The position numbers and the translations under genes are program-made. The notes beneath the pieces were generated by a model. The model was given only the letters and a program-made list of their open reading frames with translations, did not search any database and was not told where the DNA came from. From Candidatus Falkowbacteria bacterium (lineage in GTDB: Bacteria > Patescibacteriota > Patescibacteriia > UBA11705 > JABHMO01): 64,000 nt of DNA. The stretch spans positions 30,683 through 94,682 of the forward strand of contig JABHAL010000015.1 in assembly GCA_018674305.1 (NCBI GenBank), in the 5' to 3' direction. Shown here piece after piece: positions 1-9,768 of this stretch (positions within the stretch are counted from its first letter, which is position 1; the number at the start of each line of letters is the position of its first letter).

Positions 1-10
1 TCAAGTTTAT

Positions 11-850
11 ATGGTAAATCAGGCTACAGCAAATTTATACAACTACACACCACATATTCATGGTAATTATGTTTTTTGGAAAATCTGGAATAACTGGTTC
101 ACGCAAAAATATCCAGACGAGTCGATGCTACAGGCAGAGGGAGAGGCTGGAGTTTGGCTAATTGACAACGGAGTACGCAGGCCGTTTTTTAGCAAAAGCG
201 CCTTGATTTCTCGTTATGATATTGCTAATGTAATTTCAGTGAGCAAAGCTGAACTTGAAAAGTATGAAATTGGTCATCCGATTAAATTTTCTAATTACTC
301 TATATTAGAAACTCCAATGGGCAATGTGTTTTTGCTGGTAGATAACGAACTTCGAAAGTTTGCTGACGCTGAGGTTTTAAGATTACTTGGGTACAATCCT
401 GAAGAATTTGAGTTCTTGAGTTTAAGTGATTTTGCAAAGTATGATCTAGGTGAACCAATTACTATGCAGAGTGCTTATCCAACTGGCTCATTGCTACAAA
501 ATAATCAAACCGGTGGCGTTTATTATGTTCAAGATGGATTAAAACATCCAATTATAACTAAGGATATCTTGAAGCTTAATTATCCTCAATATAATTTAAC
601 GCAAGTTTCGCCTGAGGAATTATCTAAATTTCCGAATCAGGACCCAGTTAAATTAAAAAATGGAATTTTAGTAAAGGCAGAGTCAGGTTCCGCAGTATAT
701 GTTATTTCTAATGAACAAAAAAGACCAATTGTTTCAGGTAGTGTCTTTGAAAAACTGGGATATAGATGGGAAAATGTTCATATAGTTGATGAGAAAAGCT
801 TATCAAATTTAGAATTGGGTGCTGTCGTCGACCTTGATTTTAAAAATTAA
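11..850 (+). CDS. Repeat-domain protein, probably 5'-partial (reading frame is open back to position 2); four tandem ~65-aa repeats with the pattern G-x-Y/W-x-I/V-x-N/D-G-x-K/R-x-P-I...
   Basis: Internal protein repeats (GVWLIDNGVRRPF / NVFLLVDNELRKF / GVYYVQDGLKHPI / AVYVISNEQKRPI); no recognised catalytic motif. Confidence 0.4.
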   Translation: MVNQATANLYNYTPHIHGNYVFWKIWNNWFTQKYPDESMLQAEGEAGVWLIDNGVRRPFFSKSALISRYDIANVISVSKAELEKYEIGHPIKFSNYSILETPMGNVFLLVDNELRKFADAEVLRLLGYNPEEFEFLSLSDFAKYDLGEPITMQSAYPTGSLLQNNQTGGVYYVQDGLKHPIITKDILKLNYPQYNLTQVSPEELSKFPNQDPVKLKNGILVKAESGSAVYVISNEQKRPIVSGSVFEKLGYRWENVHIVDEKSLSNLELGAVVDLDFKN

Positions 851-869
851 TGTTTAAATAAATTTCAAT

Positions 870-1658
870 ATGCTCGTATTTTCAGCAATCGTGCCACATC
901 CTCCGATATTGATTCCATCAATCGGCAAGGAAAATATAAAAAAATTAAAAAAAACCATTCACGCTTTGGACATTTTAGAGCAGGACTTAAATGATGCTAA
1001 ACCTGATACTTTGATTGTAATCACTCCGCATGGTGATATTAATTTTGATGCTTTTACTATTAATACTAACCAAAAGTATACAGCTACGTTTGAAAAGTTT
1101 GGTGAATTTTCTACCAAACAAGAGTTCAAGTCAGATCTTGGTTTCATAAATCAACTCAAAGGTGCAAATGAAGTTGAATTGCCAATCCAATTAATTTCAG
1201 AGTCAACTTTGGATCATGGCGCCTCAGTTCCCTTATACTATTTGACTCGCAAAAATCCAGATTATCGAATTGTTCCAATGACTTACAGCTTTTTGAATTT
1301 TCAAAAGCATATAGAATTTGGTGAAGTTTTGAAGGAAGCTATTTATAGTTCAGATAAAAAATATGCCATAATTGCATCTGGTGATTTATCACATCGTCTA
1401 AGTATGCAGGCGCCAGCAGGTTTTTCGCCAAAAGCCAAAGAGTTTGATAAAAAATTAATTCAACTTTTGAAAAAGAAAAGTGTTGAAGGTATCCTAAACA
1501 TGGAACCAGCATTCATCGAAGAAGCTGGTGAGTGTGGATTGCGATCGTTTTTAATTATGCTTGGCGCTATCAAGAATATGAGTTATGATTTTGAAGTATT
1601 GAGTTATGAAGCGCCGTTTGGAGTTGGGTATTTAGTGGGTTCAGTTAAATTCAAGTAA
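870..1658 (+). CDS. LigB-type class III extradiol dioxygenase-like / Memo-like protein (AmmeMemoRadiSam protein B-like)
   Basis: VPHPP...ITPHG N-terminus, DHGxxVPL, ASGDLSHR and AGECG motifs typical of the LigB/Memo fold. Confidence 0.5.
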   Translation: MLVFSAIVPHPPILIPSIGKENIKKLKKTIHALDILEQDLNDAKPDTLIVITPHGDINFDAFTINTNQKYTATFEKFGEFSTKQEFKSDLGFINQLKGANEVELPIQLISESTLDHGASVPLYYLTRKNPDYRIVPMTYSFLNFQKHIEFGEVLKEAIYSSDKKYAIIASGDLSHRLSMQAPAGFSPKAKEFDKKLIQLLKKKSVEGILNMEPAFIEEAGECGLRSFLIMLGAIKNMSYDFEVLSYEAPFGVGYLVGSVKFK

Positions 1659-1748
1659 ACCAGTTAGCACCGAATCCTCTCTAGATTGTTATTCCGGAAT
1701 GAAGTTTTAGGGTTTTATAATTTATAACAAAATATCATTTAAAAAAGA

Positions 1749-1790
1749 AAAACGCGCTTATGGATTCATTAGCGCGTTTTGTGTTTTGTA
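1749..1790. terminator. Bidirectional rho-independent terminator (aacgcgct-loop-agcgcgtt + T run)
   Basis: Perfect 8-bp GC-rich inverted repeat flanked by A-run/T-run between convergent genes. Confidence 0.7.
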
Positions 1791-1811
1791 CATTCATCAA
1801 CAATGGCAGAA

Positions 1812-2033
1812 TCAGTCATTCGTCGTCTCCTCTTGTTTTTTTTCGTATTCTTCGATTGAGACAAATACAGGAAAAAGACCTTTGGATTTTGGGAGTTCAG
1901 CGTCGTTGCGATCATACGCAATGAAGCCCGTTCTTTTTGACTGATACTCTAGATTGTCGTACATTGAGAATGGCATGTTCCCGATGAATTTTTCACCGGT
2001 TTTGGCTTCTGGATGATCTTCACTTCGAAACAT
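1812..2033 (-). CDS. Hypothetical small protein (73 aa)
   Basis: ORF only; sits downstream of the terminator; no motif recognised. Confidence 0.25.
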   Translation of the reverse strand: MFRSEDHPEAKTGEKFIGNMPFSMYDNLEYQSKRTGFIAYDRNDAELPKSKGLFPVFVSIEEYEKKQEETTND

Positions 2034-2139
2034 CTTATCCTCCTTTGATTTAGATAATACGAAGATTCCTTATAACATATCAAAATAATTGGTGTTTGTC
2101 AAGGATTAGTCCTGATTTGCTTCTAAATTTACATAAATA

Positions 2140-2168
2140 TTTGTTTTATCTGTGGGAAGTGCTATAAT
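2140..2168 (+). promoter_or_regulatory. Sigma70-type promoter with TATAAT at 2163-2168, 6 nt before the priA ATG (leaderless or near-leaderless mRNA)
   Basis: gctTATAATgaaaatATG; weak -35 tttgtt with 17-nt spacer. Confidence 0.45.
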
Positions 2169-2174
2169 GAAAAT

Positions 2175-4043
2175 ATGCAAAAAGTAGCTCAAATAATACC
2201 CCATAAAAAATTGCCTCGTAGCATGCATTATTTTGATTATTCAATTCCTAAAAATCTAGAATTAGTGCCTGGTCAAATTGTTAATGTACCATTCAAAAAG
2301 AGTGAGATGTTGGGAATTGTGCATAGTTTGAAAGATAAATCAGAATTCAAATATATCAAAGAGGTTATCAGTTTGGAACCCAAAATAAAATCTTTAGTAC
2401 CCTATCAGTTGGAATTTATTAATTGGTTTAGCCAAAATTATTATTATTCAAAAGGGTCGACTTTGGATTTGTTATTGCCACACATGCCTAAACGTAAAGT
2501 AAAGGTAGTTGATAAAAAATTAGAAATCCCAGTTTCTGAGTTGAAGGAAAATCAAGAGGTTAAGGATTTAGCTGAAAAAATTAGCAAATCAAAGACTCGT
2601 AATTTTTTATTATTTCCTTTCGATATTAATTTAAAGAGGTGTTTATATTTAAATTTGATACAGGATATTGTAGCGCAAGAAAGGCAAATTTTGATATTGT
2701 TTCCACAGGTTTACAAAGTTCATGAATTCTATGCTCACTTGAGTCCTGAATTACGTAAACAAACCGCAGTATTAACTTCTGATTTGTATACTTCCAAGGC
2801 GCGTTATTTCACAGCTTGGCAGAAAATAAAATCTGGTGAAAGTAAAATTATTTTGGGTACCCGTTCTGCGGTGTTTGCGCCATTGTCTAAATTGGGAACC
2901 ATTATTTTGGATGACGCTCATAGTGATGATTACAAGCAATGGGACCAAAATCCCCGTTATGAAACTCAAAAGGTTGTTCAAAAAATTCAGGAAATAACCA
3001 ATTGTAAATTGATTTTATCATCATTAACTCCCAGGGTTGAAGACAGTTACTTGGCGAAAGAACAAGATTATAAGTACATCTCCTTGGGAAAAAAAACAGC
3101 ATCAGAAATCAAAATTATTGATCTAAAGAGAGAGCGAGAAAAATCATTTACTTATTTGTCAGATGATTTATTGAATTCAATTAAAATAGCAAACAAAAGT
3201 TTGTTAATTGTAAATAAACTTGGTGAGTATAGTTATTTCTTTTGCGAAGACTGTGGATTTGAGGCTACTTGTCCTGAGTGTAAATTACCTTTAACGGTTG
3301 AAAATAATCAATTGTCTTGTTACCGCTGTGGTATAAAACAGTCTGTCTATTTGAACTGTCCTAAATGTCGCAGTGTGAAGTTGAAAAAGCTTGGAATCGG
3401 GTTACAGCAAATAAAAGAGCAATTGCGAAATGTTTTGGGTGCTGAAGTTTGTGATTTAACCCAGGATGAGAATAGTTCGACCGCTAAGATATTGATTTCT
3501 ACTGGTCAGCAAATTAAGACAAAGCATTTTCAAAATTTAGAGTTACTGGCTTTTGTATATATAGATAGTTTGGCCTACTTGGCTGACTTTAATTCCAATT
3601 TTAAATTGTATAGTTTTCAACAAGAATTAATTCATCGTGCCGTTGGCGCAAAAGTTATTGTGCAAACTTGTTTTCCTGAGAATCTAGCGTTTCAAAGTCT
3701 AAATCAAGGTTATGATTATTTCTATAAACAAGAGATTGATAGTAGAAAAACATTTGGCTATCCCCCATTTGCAACACTGATAAAGTTATTTTTTGATCAT
3801 CATGATAAAACAGTTTGCGAAAGAGAAGGTTCGAATTTTCACAAGCAAATTAATTCATTGATTACCCAAAACAAAGGCAAGATTAGTGAGCCATATTTAC
3901 ATTATCGACAAAAAGTTCGAAAACGGTTTCGTTGTCAAATGGCGATATTTTTACCTGAGCTTGATCTTTCAGTTGAAAATGAGATTTTAGCTCAGGTAAC
4001 AGAGCATTGGACTATTGACAAAAGCCCGATTGACCTGTTATAG
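2175..4043 (+). CDS. priA: Primosomal protein N' (PriA) homologue with degenerate ATPase motifs
   Basis: PriA-like N-terminal 3'-DNA-binding domain (PHKKLPRSMHYFDYSIP...VNVPF), Cys4+Cys4 zinc-binding insert (CEDCGF..CPEC...CYRCG...CPKC), TRSAVFAP motif; Walker A GxxGSGKT is replaced by PFDINLKR and DEEH by DDAH. Confidence 0.75.
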   Translation: MQKVAQIIPHKKLPRSMHYFDYSIPKNLELVPGQIVNVPFKKSEMLGIVHSLKDKSEFKYIKEVISLEPKIKSLVPYQLEFINWFSQNYYYSKGSTLDLLLPHMPKRKVKVVDKKLEIPVSELKENQEVKDLAEKISKSKTRNFLLFPFDINLKRCLYLNLIQDIVAQERQILILFPQVYKVHEFYAHLSPELRKQTAVLTSDLYTSKARYFTAWQKIKSGESKIILGTRSAVFAPLSKLGTIILDDAHSDDYKQWDQNPRYETQKVVQKIQEITNCKLILSSLTPRVEDSYLAKEQDYKYISLGKKTASEIKIIDLKREREKSFTYLSDDLLNSIKIANKSLLIVNKLGEYSYFFCEDCGFEATCPECKLPLTVENNQLSCYRCGIKQSVYLNCPKCRSVKLKKLGIGLQQIKEQLRNVLGAEVCDLTQDENSSTAKILISTGQQIKTKHFQNLELLAFVYIDSLAYLADFNSNFKLYSFQQELIHRAVGAKVIVQTCFPENLAFQSLNQGYDYFYKQEIDSRKTFGYPPFATLIKLFFDHHDKTVCEREGSNFHKQINSLITQNKGKISEPYLHYRQKVRKRFRCQMAIFLPELDLSVENEILAQVTEHWTIDKSPIDLL

Positions 4044-4182
4044 TTATGTTTAAATTACCCTAATTGTTCTAATTAATCTAAAATGAACAAACCCCAATTC
4101 AAACGTTTGTTTTGGAGTTGTAGCTTTGAAATTGTTTATAATAATTTCCTTTTGTGTTTATTTTATGGTTTAATATTAATAT

Positions 4183-4641
4183 ATGATTAAAGAGATCGTC
4201 ACTCATCCAGATGACAGGCTAAGAGAAAAGTCTAAAGACGTAAGTTTGGGTGAAATAACAACTGAAAAGTTTAGTCAATTAGTAAAAGATATGACTGAAA
4301 CTATGAAAAAAAAAGACGGAATTGGCTTGGCTGCTCCGCAAATTGGAGTTGGAAAAAGAGTGGCTGTAATTAATTCAAAAAATGGAGTCATTATTTTTGT
4401 TAACCCAAAAGTTGTACGGAAGTCATTTCTTAAAGATATAGATGAAGAAGGTTGCTTAAGTGTTCCAGGTAAATATGGCAAAGTTAAGCGTTGCCGAAAA
4501 ATAACTGTTCGCTTTGACGATGGCCAGGGTCAAAAAAATACAATTGTAGCCAGAGGGTTATTTGCTCGAGTCATACAACACGAGCTTGATCATTTAGATG
4601 GAATTCTTTTTATTGATAAGTTAGTCAAATCCAAAAAGTAA
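4183..4641 (+). CDS. def: Peptide deformylase
   Basis: GIGLAAPQIG, EGCLSVPG and HELDHLDG motifs. Confidence 0.9.
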   Translation: MIKEIVTHPDDRLREKSKDVSLGEITTEKFSQLVKDMTETMKKKDGIGLAAPQIGVGKRVAVINSKNGVIIFVNPKVVRKSFLKDIDEEGCLSVPGKYGKVKRCRKITVRFDDGQGQKNTIVARGLFARVIQHELDHLDGILFIDKLVKSKK

Positions 4642-4643
4642 AC

Positions 4644-5591
4644 ATGATAAATGAAAAACAAATCAAGATAGTGTTTCTGGGATCAGCAACTTTTTCTGTT
4701 CCAATTTTAATGGAATTAATAAAGCGATATACGGTTGTGTCTGTGGTAACAGAAATTGATAAACCAGGAGGTCGGGGCTTGGAAATTGTTTCGCCTCCAA
4801 CAAAAGCTTTATCTCAACAACAAGGTATTCCAGTTTATCAACCGTTAAGTCTACAGAAAAACCCAAAACTTTTGGAAAAATTAGCCGGTTTAAATCCAGA
4901 TCTCTGTGTGGTGGCAGCCTACGGTAAAATATTGCCATCCGAATATTTAAACTTTACTCGGCATGGGTGTTTGAATGTGCATCCTTCACTGCTACCAAAG
5001 TACCGAGGCGCTTCTCCGATTCAGAGCGCTTTTTTAAATTCTGACATAGAAACTGGTTGCAGTATTATTTTAATGGATGAAGGCATGGATACTGGCGATA
5101 TTTTGGTTCAAAAAAGCGTACAAATTGATCCTGATTGGGGCTATAGAAAGCTGGAGCAAAAACTGTCTTTGTTGGGGGCTCAATTGTTGGCGAAAAGGAT
5201 CCCAGATTATATTAAGGGTAATCTTAGTTTTGATATTCAGGATGATCATAAAGCAAGCTTTTGTTACAAGGTATCAAAAGAAGACGGCTTGATTAATTGG
5301 GCTCATTCTGCGAAAAAAATCATTGGAAAGGTTAAAGCATTTGAAGTTTGGCCTGGAAGTTATACATATTTCGGAAATAAAAAATTGGACATAATTAATG
5401 CCCAAATAGCAGAGATCCCCAATGAAAAGGTTGACTTGGGTAAAGTTATGAAACAAAATGGAAAAATTTTCGTGAGAACAGGTTCAGGTTTTATTGAGTT
5501 GTTTGAAGTTAGGCCTGAGGGTAAAAATAAAATGTCAGTTAAGGATTTTATAAATGGACATCAGGATTTTGTGGGTTCTGTCTTGGGGTGA
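4644..5591 (+). CDS. fmt: Methionyl-tRNA formyltransferase
   Basis: N-terminal formyltransferase domain (IVFLGS..., HPSLLPKYRGASPIQ) plus C-terminal Fmt domain; immediately follows def. Confidence 0.9.
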   Translation: MINEKQIKIVFLGSATFSVPILMELIKRYTVVSVVTEIDKPGGRGLEIVSPPTKALSQQQGIPVYQPLSLQKNPKLLEKLAGLNPDLCVVAAYGKILPSEYLNFTRHGCLNVHPSLLPKYRGASPIQSAFLNSDIETGCSIILMDEGMDTGDILVQKSVQIDPDWGYRKLEQKLSLLGAQLLAKRIPDYIKGNLSFDIQDDHKASFCYKVSKEDGLINWAHSAKKIIGKVKAFEVWPGSYTYFGNKKLDIINAQIAEIPNEKVDLGKVMKQNGKIFVRTGSGFIELFEVRPEGKNKMSVKDFINGHQDFVGSVLG

Positions 5592-7090
5592 AGTATCGGA
5601 ATCAATGTTAATAAAATTAGTAAATATCCAATACCAAGTGGATGGTTTAGATAAGGGCTGAAGCCGTGAACAATAATTAGTGAAAATAGGCCGAACATTA
5701 AACCAAGAATCAGAGCGCGAACATAGCGGTCTGTGTTTTTTTTGTGTAAATCCCAAAGTTTTTTGAAAATTGAAATTAACAAAGTTAGGTAAATGATTAA
5801 TCCTAACAAACCAATCTTCAGCAGGAAGTCTAAATATCCCCACTCAAAAGCATAAGTTGTATACCAACCATGCGGATTTTCTTCATTCAAAATTCGAGGA
5901 TCTTGACTTTGATAAGTTACAGTAGTCCCCCAGCCAGAGCCAATTATGGGATGCTTAATGATTTTTTTCGACAATTTGGGTAGTTGGCTCCAGCGACTAG
6001 AAACAGCATTGTCTGAAATTGAAATTCGATCTGTTATCATAGAGCCGGAAGTGGAAAAGCCGTTTCCGAAAGAAATTGGTATGTTGATTATAGTAATAAT
6101 TAAGGCGTAACTTAGGAGTGTTATAAACGTTAGACGAATAATTAACGCGGCTAGTCGACTCTTTTTTTGTTTGACTATAAATGTGGCGACTATTAGCAAT
6201 AAAATAAATCCAAGAAATAAACCAACCCAATAGCTTCGAGAAAGGCTAAGGATGATTGTACTAAGTAATAGGAAAAGTACTACAGATAAATATTGATTAT
6301 TTTTGACGCGGTAATTTGATTTGCCTTTGAAAAATAAATAACTTAATAATATGAAAAAGCCGATCAGAATAAAGATTTGTGATTGAGAAAATATTCGATA
6401 AAAATTATTACTGAGCAAGGTGAATTCTCCCCATCTTGTGTCTCTGCCCCAGCGATAAAAATCACGCAGTATGCTTAATTTATGTGAGAAAATAAATAAA
6501 ATGAATATTGATTTTAGGCTAATAGCAATAATGCTTGCTGTAAAAACTTGTAAAATCTGATTTAAGTGTTTTTGGGTTTTGAAAATAGTCAAAAATGGAA
6601 GGAAATATAAAAAGTATAACCAGGCATTGAAATCCAAAAAGATATCTTTTAGTGAATTTTGTCGGAACAAAGCAAATGCCAATGCCCATAAGCATATTGC
6701 TGCTAAATAGATTAACTCTTTATGACTTTTAATTAAATTTACAGTTGAGCGATAAGTCTTTTTTCGAATTGTCCAAATTAACCAAGCTAGCATAACCACG
6801 GTAAAAATCCCGATACGAATTGAAATAGCAAAATTGCCAATATTTAAATTAAACAAATGGCCCTGGGCGCCAATGAATAATTCAGTCAAAGCAGCTAACA
6901 GTCCAAGTTTTAAATCCTTTAAACTGATTAAAAAAATCACTGAAATTATTATAACGAAAACAATTGCTTGTATGTCGAAAACAATTTTATACCAATAAAC
7001 AAAAAAAGACAGTAATTCTGTCAGAATAATAAATAAAATGGTTAAGCGAAAGGTTGAGCCGAAAAACTTAAGTTTCACCATAGTTAACAA
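5561..7090 (-). CDS. Polytopic membrane protein, O-antigen ligase (Wzy_C)-like
   Basis: >10 predicted TM helices; large loop carries a NPHGWYTTYAFEWGYLDFLLKIGLLG segment resembling the Wzy_C motif. Confidence 0.4.
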   Translation of the reverse strand: MLTMVKLKFFGSTFRLTILFIILTELLSFFVYWYKIVFDIQAIVFVIIISVIFLISLKDLKLGLLAALTELFIGAQGHLFNLNIGNFAISIRIGIFTVVMLAWLIWTIRKKTYRSTVNLIKSHKELIYLAAICLWALAFALFRQNSLKDIFLDFNAWLYFLYFLPFLTIFKTQKHLNQILQVFTASIIAISLKSIFILFIFSHKLSILRDFYRWGRDTRWGEFTLLSNNFYRIFSQSQIFILIGFFILLSYLFFKGKSNYRVKNNQYLSVVLFLLLSTIILSLSRSYWVGLFLGFILLLIVATFIVKQKKSRLAALIIRLTFITLLSYALIITIINIPISFGNGFSTSGSMITDRISISDNAVSSRWSQLPKLSKKIIKHPIIGSGWGTTVTYQSQDPRILNEENPHGWYTTYAFEWGYLDFLLKIGLLGLIIYLTLLISIFKKLWDLHKKNTDRYVRALILGLMFGLFSLIIVHGFSPYLNHPLGIGYLLILLTLIPILHPKTEPTKS

Positions 7091-7527
7091 GAATAAAGTT
7101 GATAAAATGGGTTTTTTGCATTATCACAAATAAAACAACTGTGATCTAGTAGTGTTCTTAAGGTTTCATTCAAATTAATGCTTTTGTTAGAAAACTGTTT
7201 AATCGTTACATCAATAATTAAATCATCAACCTGAATCCAGTGATGAGATAGCGGATAATTGCCAAACATTCCTTTGTGAACCATTGCAGTTTCCTGCTGG
7301 TTATTGAAAATAATTCGATTCAGATATTTAGCCAGCTTTTGGTGATGCAGTTCAGCAAGGCCACTGACATGAAAAACTGAACAAGGTTCGCCCGCGATGA
7401 TTGTTTTTTGTTGATTGTCGATAATGTATTCTTCAATTGCCTGCTTTAAATCAGATAGAATTTCTAGGTTTTGTATTACATCAACAATGGGCTCATGCGT
7501 AATTTGATTTTCTTTAATTAAGATCAT
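7084..7527 (-). CDS. Hypothetical protein (147 aa)
   Basis: ORF in operon context with GT genes; no motif recognised. Confidence 0.3.
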   Translation of the reverse strand: MILIKENQITHEPIVDVIQNLEILSDLKQAIEEYIIDNQQKTIIAGEPCSVFHVSGLAELHHQKLAKYLNRIIFNNQQETAMVHKGMFGNYPLSHHWIQVDDLIIDVTIKQFSNKSINLNETLRTLLDHSCFICDNAKNPFYQLYSC

Positions 7528-7543
7528 ATTGTTATAAAAGAAT

Positions 7544-8434
7544 TTAAATTTTTGATTGAGGGCGTGGTTTAATTCTAAACATTTGAGTAATGAAGGTCAG
7601 AATATAGCTTAAAGGTTGCAGTAATAGAAGTATAACATACGACCACATAGAATGATTCTTTCGGAAATAAGTCAACATTCCTTTGTTGAATCGTTTTTGT
7701 TTTTTTAGTCCAAAGGTTTGAGCAAAACTTTTACCTTCATAATGTACAACTTCAGTGATCGGTAGGTAAACTAGATCATGTCCTAGTTCTTGGACATCTT
7801 TGCATAGTTGTAGGTCTTCCCACCAAATCCAGTAATCTTCATCCCACCCTTCCATTTTTGCCATTATTTCTTGGCGTGTGAAGACAAACGCGCCCATAAT
7901 CTGTTTGACGTATGATTTTTGTGTATAATCAAAATCCTTTTGTAGATATTTTTTCAAACATGGTAAAAATCCTAAAAAATGGTGCAGTTTTAGTAGAATT
8001 AATATTTGACTGCATAAATCTGGATTGATTTTAATATTTGGTTGAGTAGTTTTATCTCCATATAGTAAACGACAGGTGCAAATACCAACATTGGGTGTTT
8101 TTTTCATAAACGAATGTAATTTCTGAAAACTGTTTTCCAAAAGTTCCATGTCTGGATTCATAAATAAGACATACTTACCTTGACTCATTTTTAGGCCTTG
8201 ATTGTTGGCTTTTCCAAATCCTGCATTGTGCTTGTTGTCAATAATTTTCAGTTTTCCAGACTTAATCCAGGGTTTATAGTATTTATGAAGAGATTCTACT
8301 GTACCGTCCTTGGAGTCATTATCAACTACGATTACTTCATATTCAATGTCATCGGTAAACTGAAAAATTGAGTCAAGTAATCGACTCAATAAATCGCGAA
8401 CATTCCAGCTGACAGTGATGATTGATAAGTGCAT
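7544..8434 (-). CDS. Glycosyltransferase family 2
   Basis: IITVSWNVRDLL...VIVVDNDSKDGT...DMEL GT-A/DxD signature. Confidence 0.75.
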   Translation of the reverse strand: MHLSIITVSWNVRDLLSRLLDSIFQFTDDIEYEVIVVDNDSKDGTVESLHKYYKPWIKSGKLKIIDNKHNAGFGKANNQGLKMSQGKYVLFMNPDMELLENSFQKLHSFMKKTPNVGICTCRLLYGDKTTQPNIKINPDLCSQILILLKLHHFLGFLPCLKKYLQKDFDYTQKSYVKQIMGAFVFTRQEIMAKMEGWDEDYWIWWEDLQLCKDVQELGHDLVYLPITEVVHYEGKSFAQTFGLKKQKRFNKGMLTYFRKNHSMWSYVILLLLQPLSYILTFITQMFRIKPRPQSKI

Positions 8435-8493
8435 ATTTAATTAATGACCAATTGATCAATTTTCCAAATAATAATTAATTACAAAATTACCAA

Positions 8494-9714
8494 TTACTTA
8501 ATTTCCAATTTATTAAACATTAATTCAGTCATTTTCTCTACTCTAGCGCGCCATGAGTGTTTTTTGACCGCATTTCGACGTTTAGCTGTTAGTTCAGGGC
8601 TATCTTCAGCAATTGCTTGATCAATAAAATCAGAAAACTTATCATGGTCATTAGTTATATACATTAAATCCTTAAACATATCAACCCCGGCGCCTTTGGT
8701 GGTTACAACTGGTTTACCGCAAGCTAAGTATTCGTACATTTTCATTGGGTTGGTTGATTTTATAAAATTATTAATTTTATGTGGAATAATTGCGACATCG
8801 AATTTGTTAATGTAACTGGGTGCATCCTGATATTTAATTCGCCCGGTGGTAGTTATGTTTTTGTATTTGCCAAGTTTTTTATTGAATTCGTGCTTGACAA
8901 CTGGCCAGATTGGACCGCAAAGAACAATTTGTTTATCTTTGTGTTTTTTGGCAAGTGTGGCAATTAAATCAAAATCGAGTCGATCCTCTATCGTGCCAAA
9001 GTAACCAATGATTTTTCCTTCAAGTTTGTTTAATTCATTTTCCTTATCAATTTTTTCTGGATCATTAAACAAATCAAAATCCACTCCATTAGGAATCCAG
9101 TGTACGTCTTTGGTTCGATCCATTTCTTTATAAAAATCTTTGAGTTCGTCGGAGACTGTAAAAATCAAATTAGCTTTGTCCGCAATTTTTTTGTAATTAC
9201 GTCCGAGTCTACCCTTGCGCATCAATTTTGTGTATTGCGGGTGTTCAACCCAGTTATCCACAGTGTCGAAAATAAACATTTTTTCATTTAGTTTTCCAAT
9301 AAACTCAGTGAACATGGGATTGTATGACCAGAAAACTACATTATTGAGGTTCAACATTTTTTCTACACGTTTTAGTTCCCGCGCCACTTTTTTGAATGAA
9401 AATAATGAGTCGATGCTGGTGTAGGCGTAAATTTTATCAGTTCGTCTGTAACAAGCGCTGGTCAAATCACCGTAAACTATATCTGCAGTTCGGATTTCCC
9501 ACAATATATTTTGAAAATAATGTTTTACTGCTTTTTTCCAGCCGATCGGCAGAAAATCAACGCCAACTATTTTGCCGATGCGATCATCTTTTTCCAAGGA
9601 GTGTAGAATATTATAATTCCGATTTACAATGCCATGATCCCAATCAAAAAAGCTACTCATGTTGAACATGATGATATTTACTTTTTCATTGTCGTAACCG
9701 TAGATATCGGGCAT
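8494..9714 (-). CDS. Glycosyltransferase family 1 (GT4-like)
   Basis: C-terminal GT-B domain with E-x7-E-type motif (MKMYEYLACGKPVVTTKGAG). Confidence 0.75.
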   Translation of the reverse strand: MPDIYGYDNEKVNIIMFNMSSFFDWDHGIVNRNYNILHSLEKDDRIGKIVGVDFLPIGWKKAVKHYFQNILWEIRTADIVYGDLTSACYRRTDKIYAYTSIDSLFSFKKVARELKRVEKMLNLNNVVFWSYNPMFTEFIGKLNEKMFIFDTVDNWVEHPQYTKLMRKGRLGRNYKKIADKANLIFTVSDELKDFYKEMDRTKDVHWIPNGVDFDLFNDPEKIDKENELNKLEGKIIGYFGTIEDRLDFDLIATLAKKHKDKQIVLCGPIWPVVKHEFNKKLGKYKNITTTGRIKYQDAPSYINKFDVAIIPHKINNFIKSTNPMKMYEYLACGKPVVTTKGAGVDMFKDLMYITNDHDKFSDFIDQAIAEDSPELTAKRRNAVKKHSWRARVEKMTELMFNKLEIK

Positions 9715-9768
9715 ATTAGTTAAAAGTTGAAAGGTGAAAGTTGAAAGTTGTTAATCAATTTATTGAAA

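Noticed and set aside
959-1147. Short antisense or alternative-frame ORFs inside confident genes (for example 959-1147, 2772-3102, 4275-4481, 4663-4938, 5077-5456, 8779-9665, 10861-11274, 13371-14039, 14423-14755, 16820-17236, 20096-20619, 22432-22901, 26328-26704, 28416-28616, 37176-38365, 44239-44490, 48673-50284, 52490-53245, 58310-58678, 62323-62536)
   Set aside because: Each is embedded in or antisense to a longer ORF with clear family motifs; AT-rich DNA generates such ORFs by chance, and none has a ribosome-binding site or motif support.
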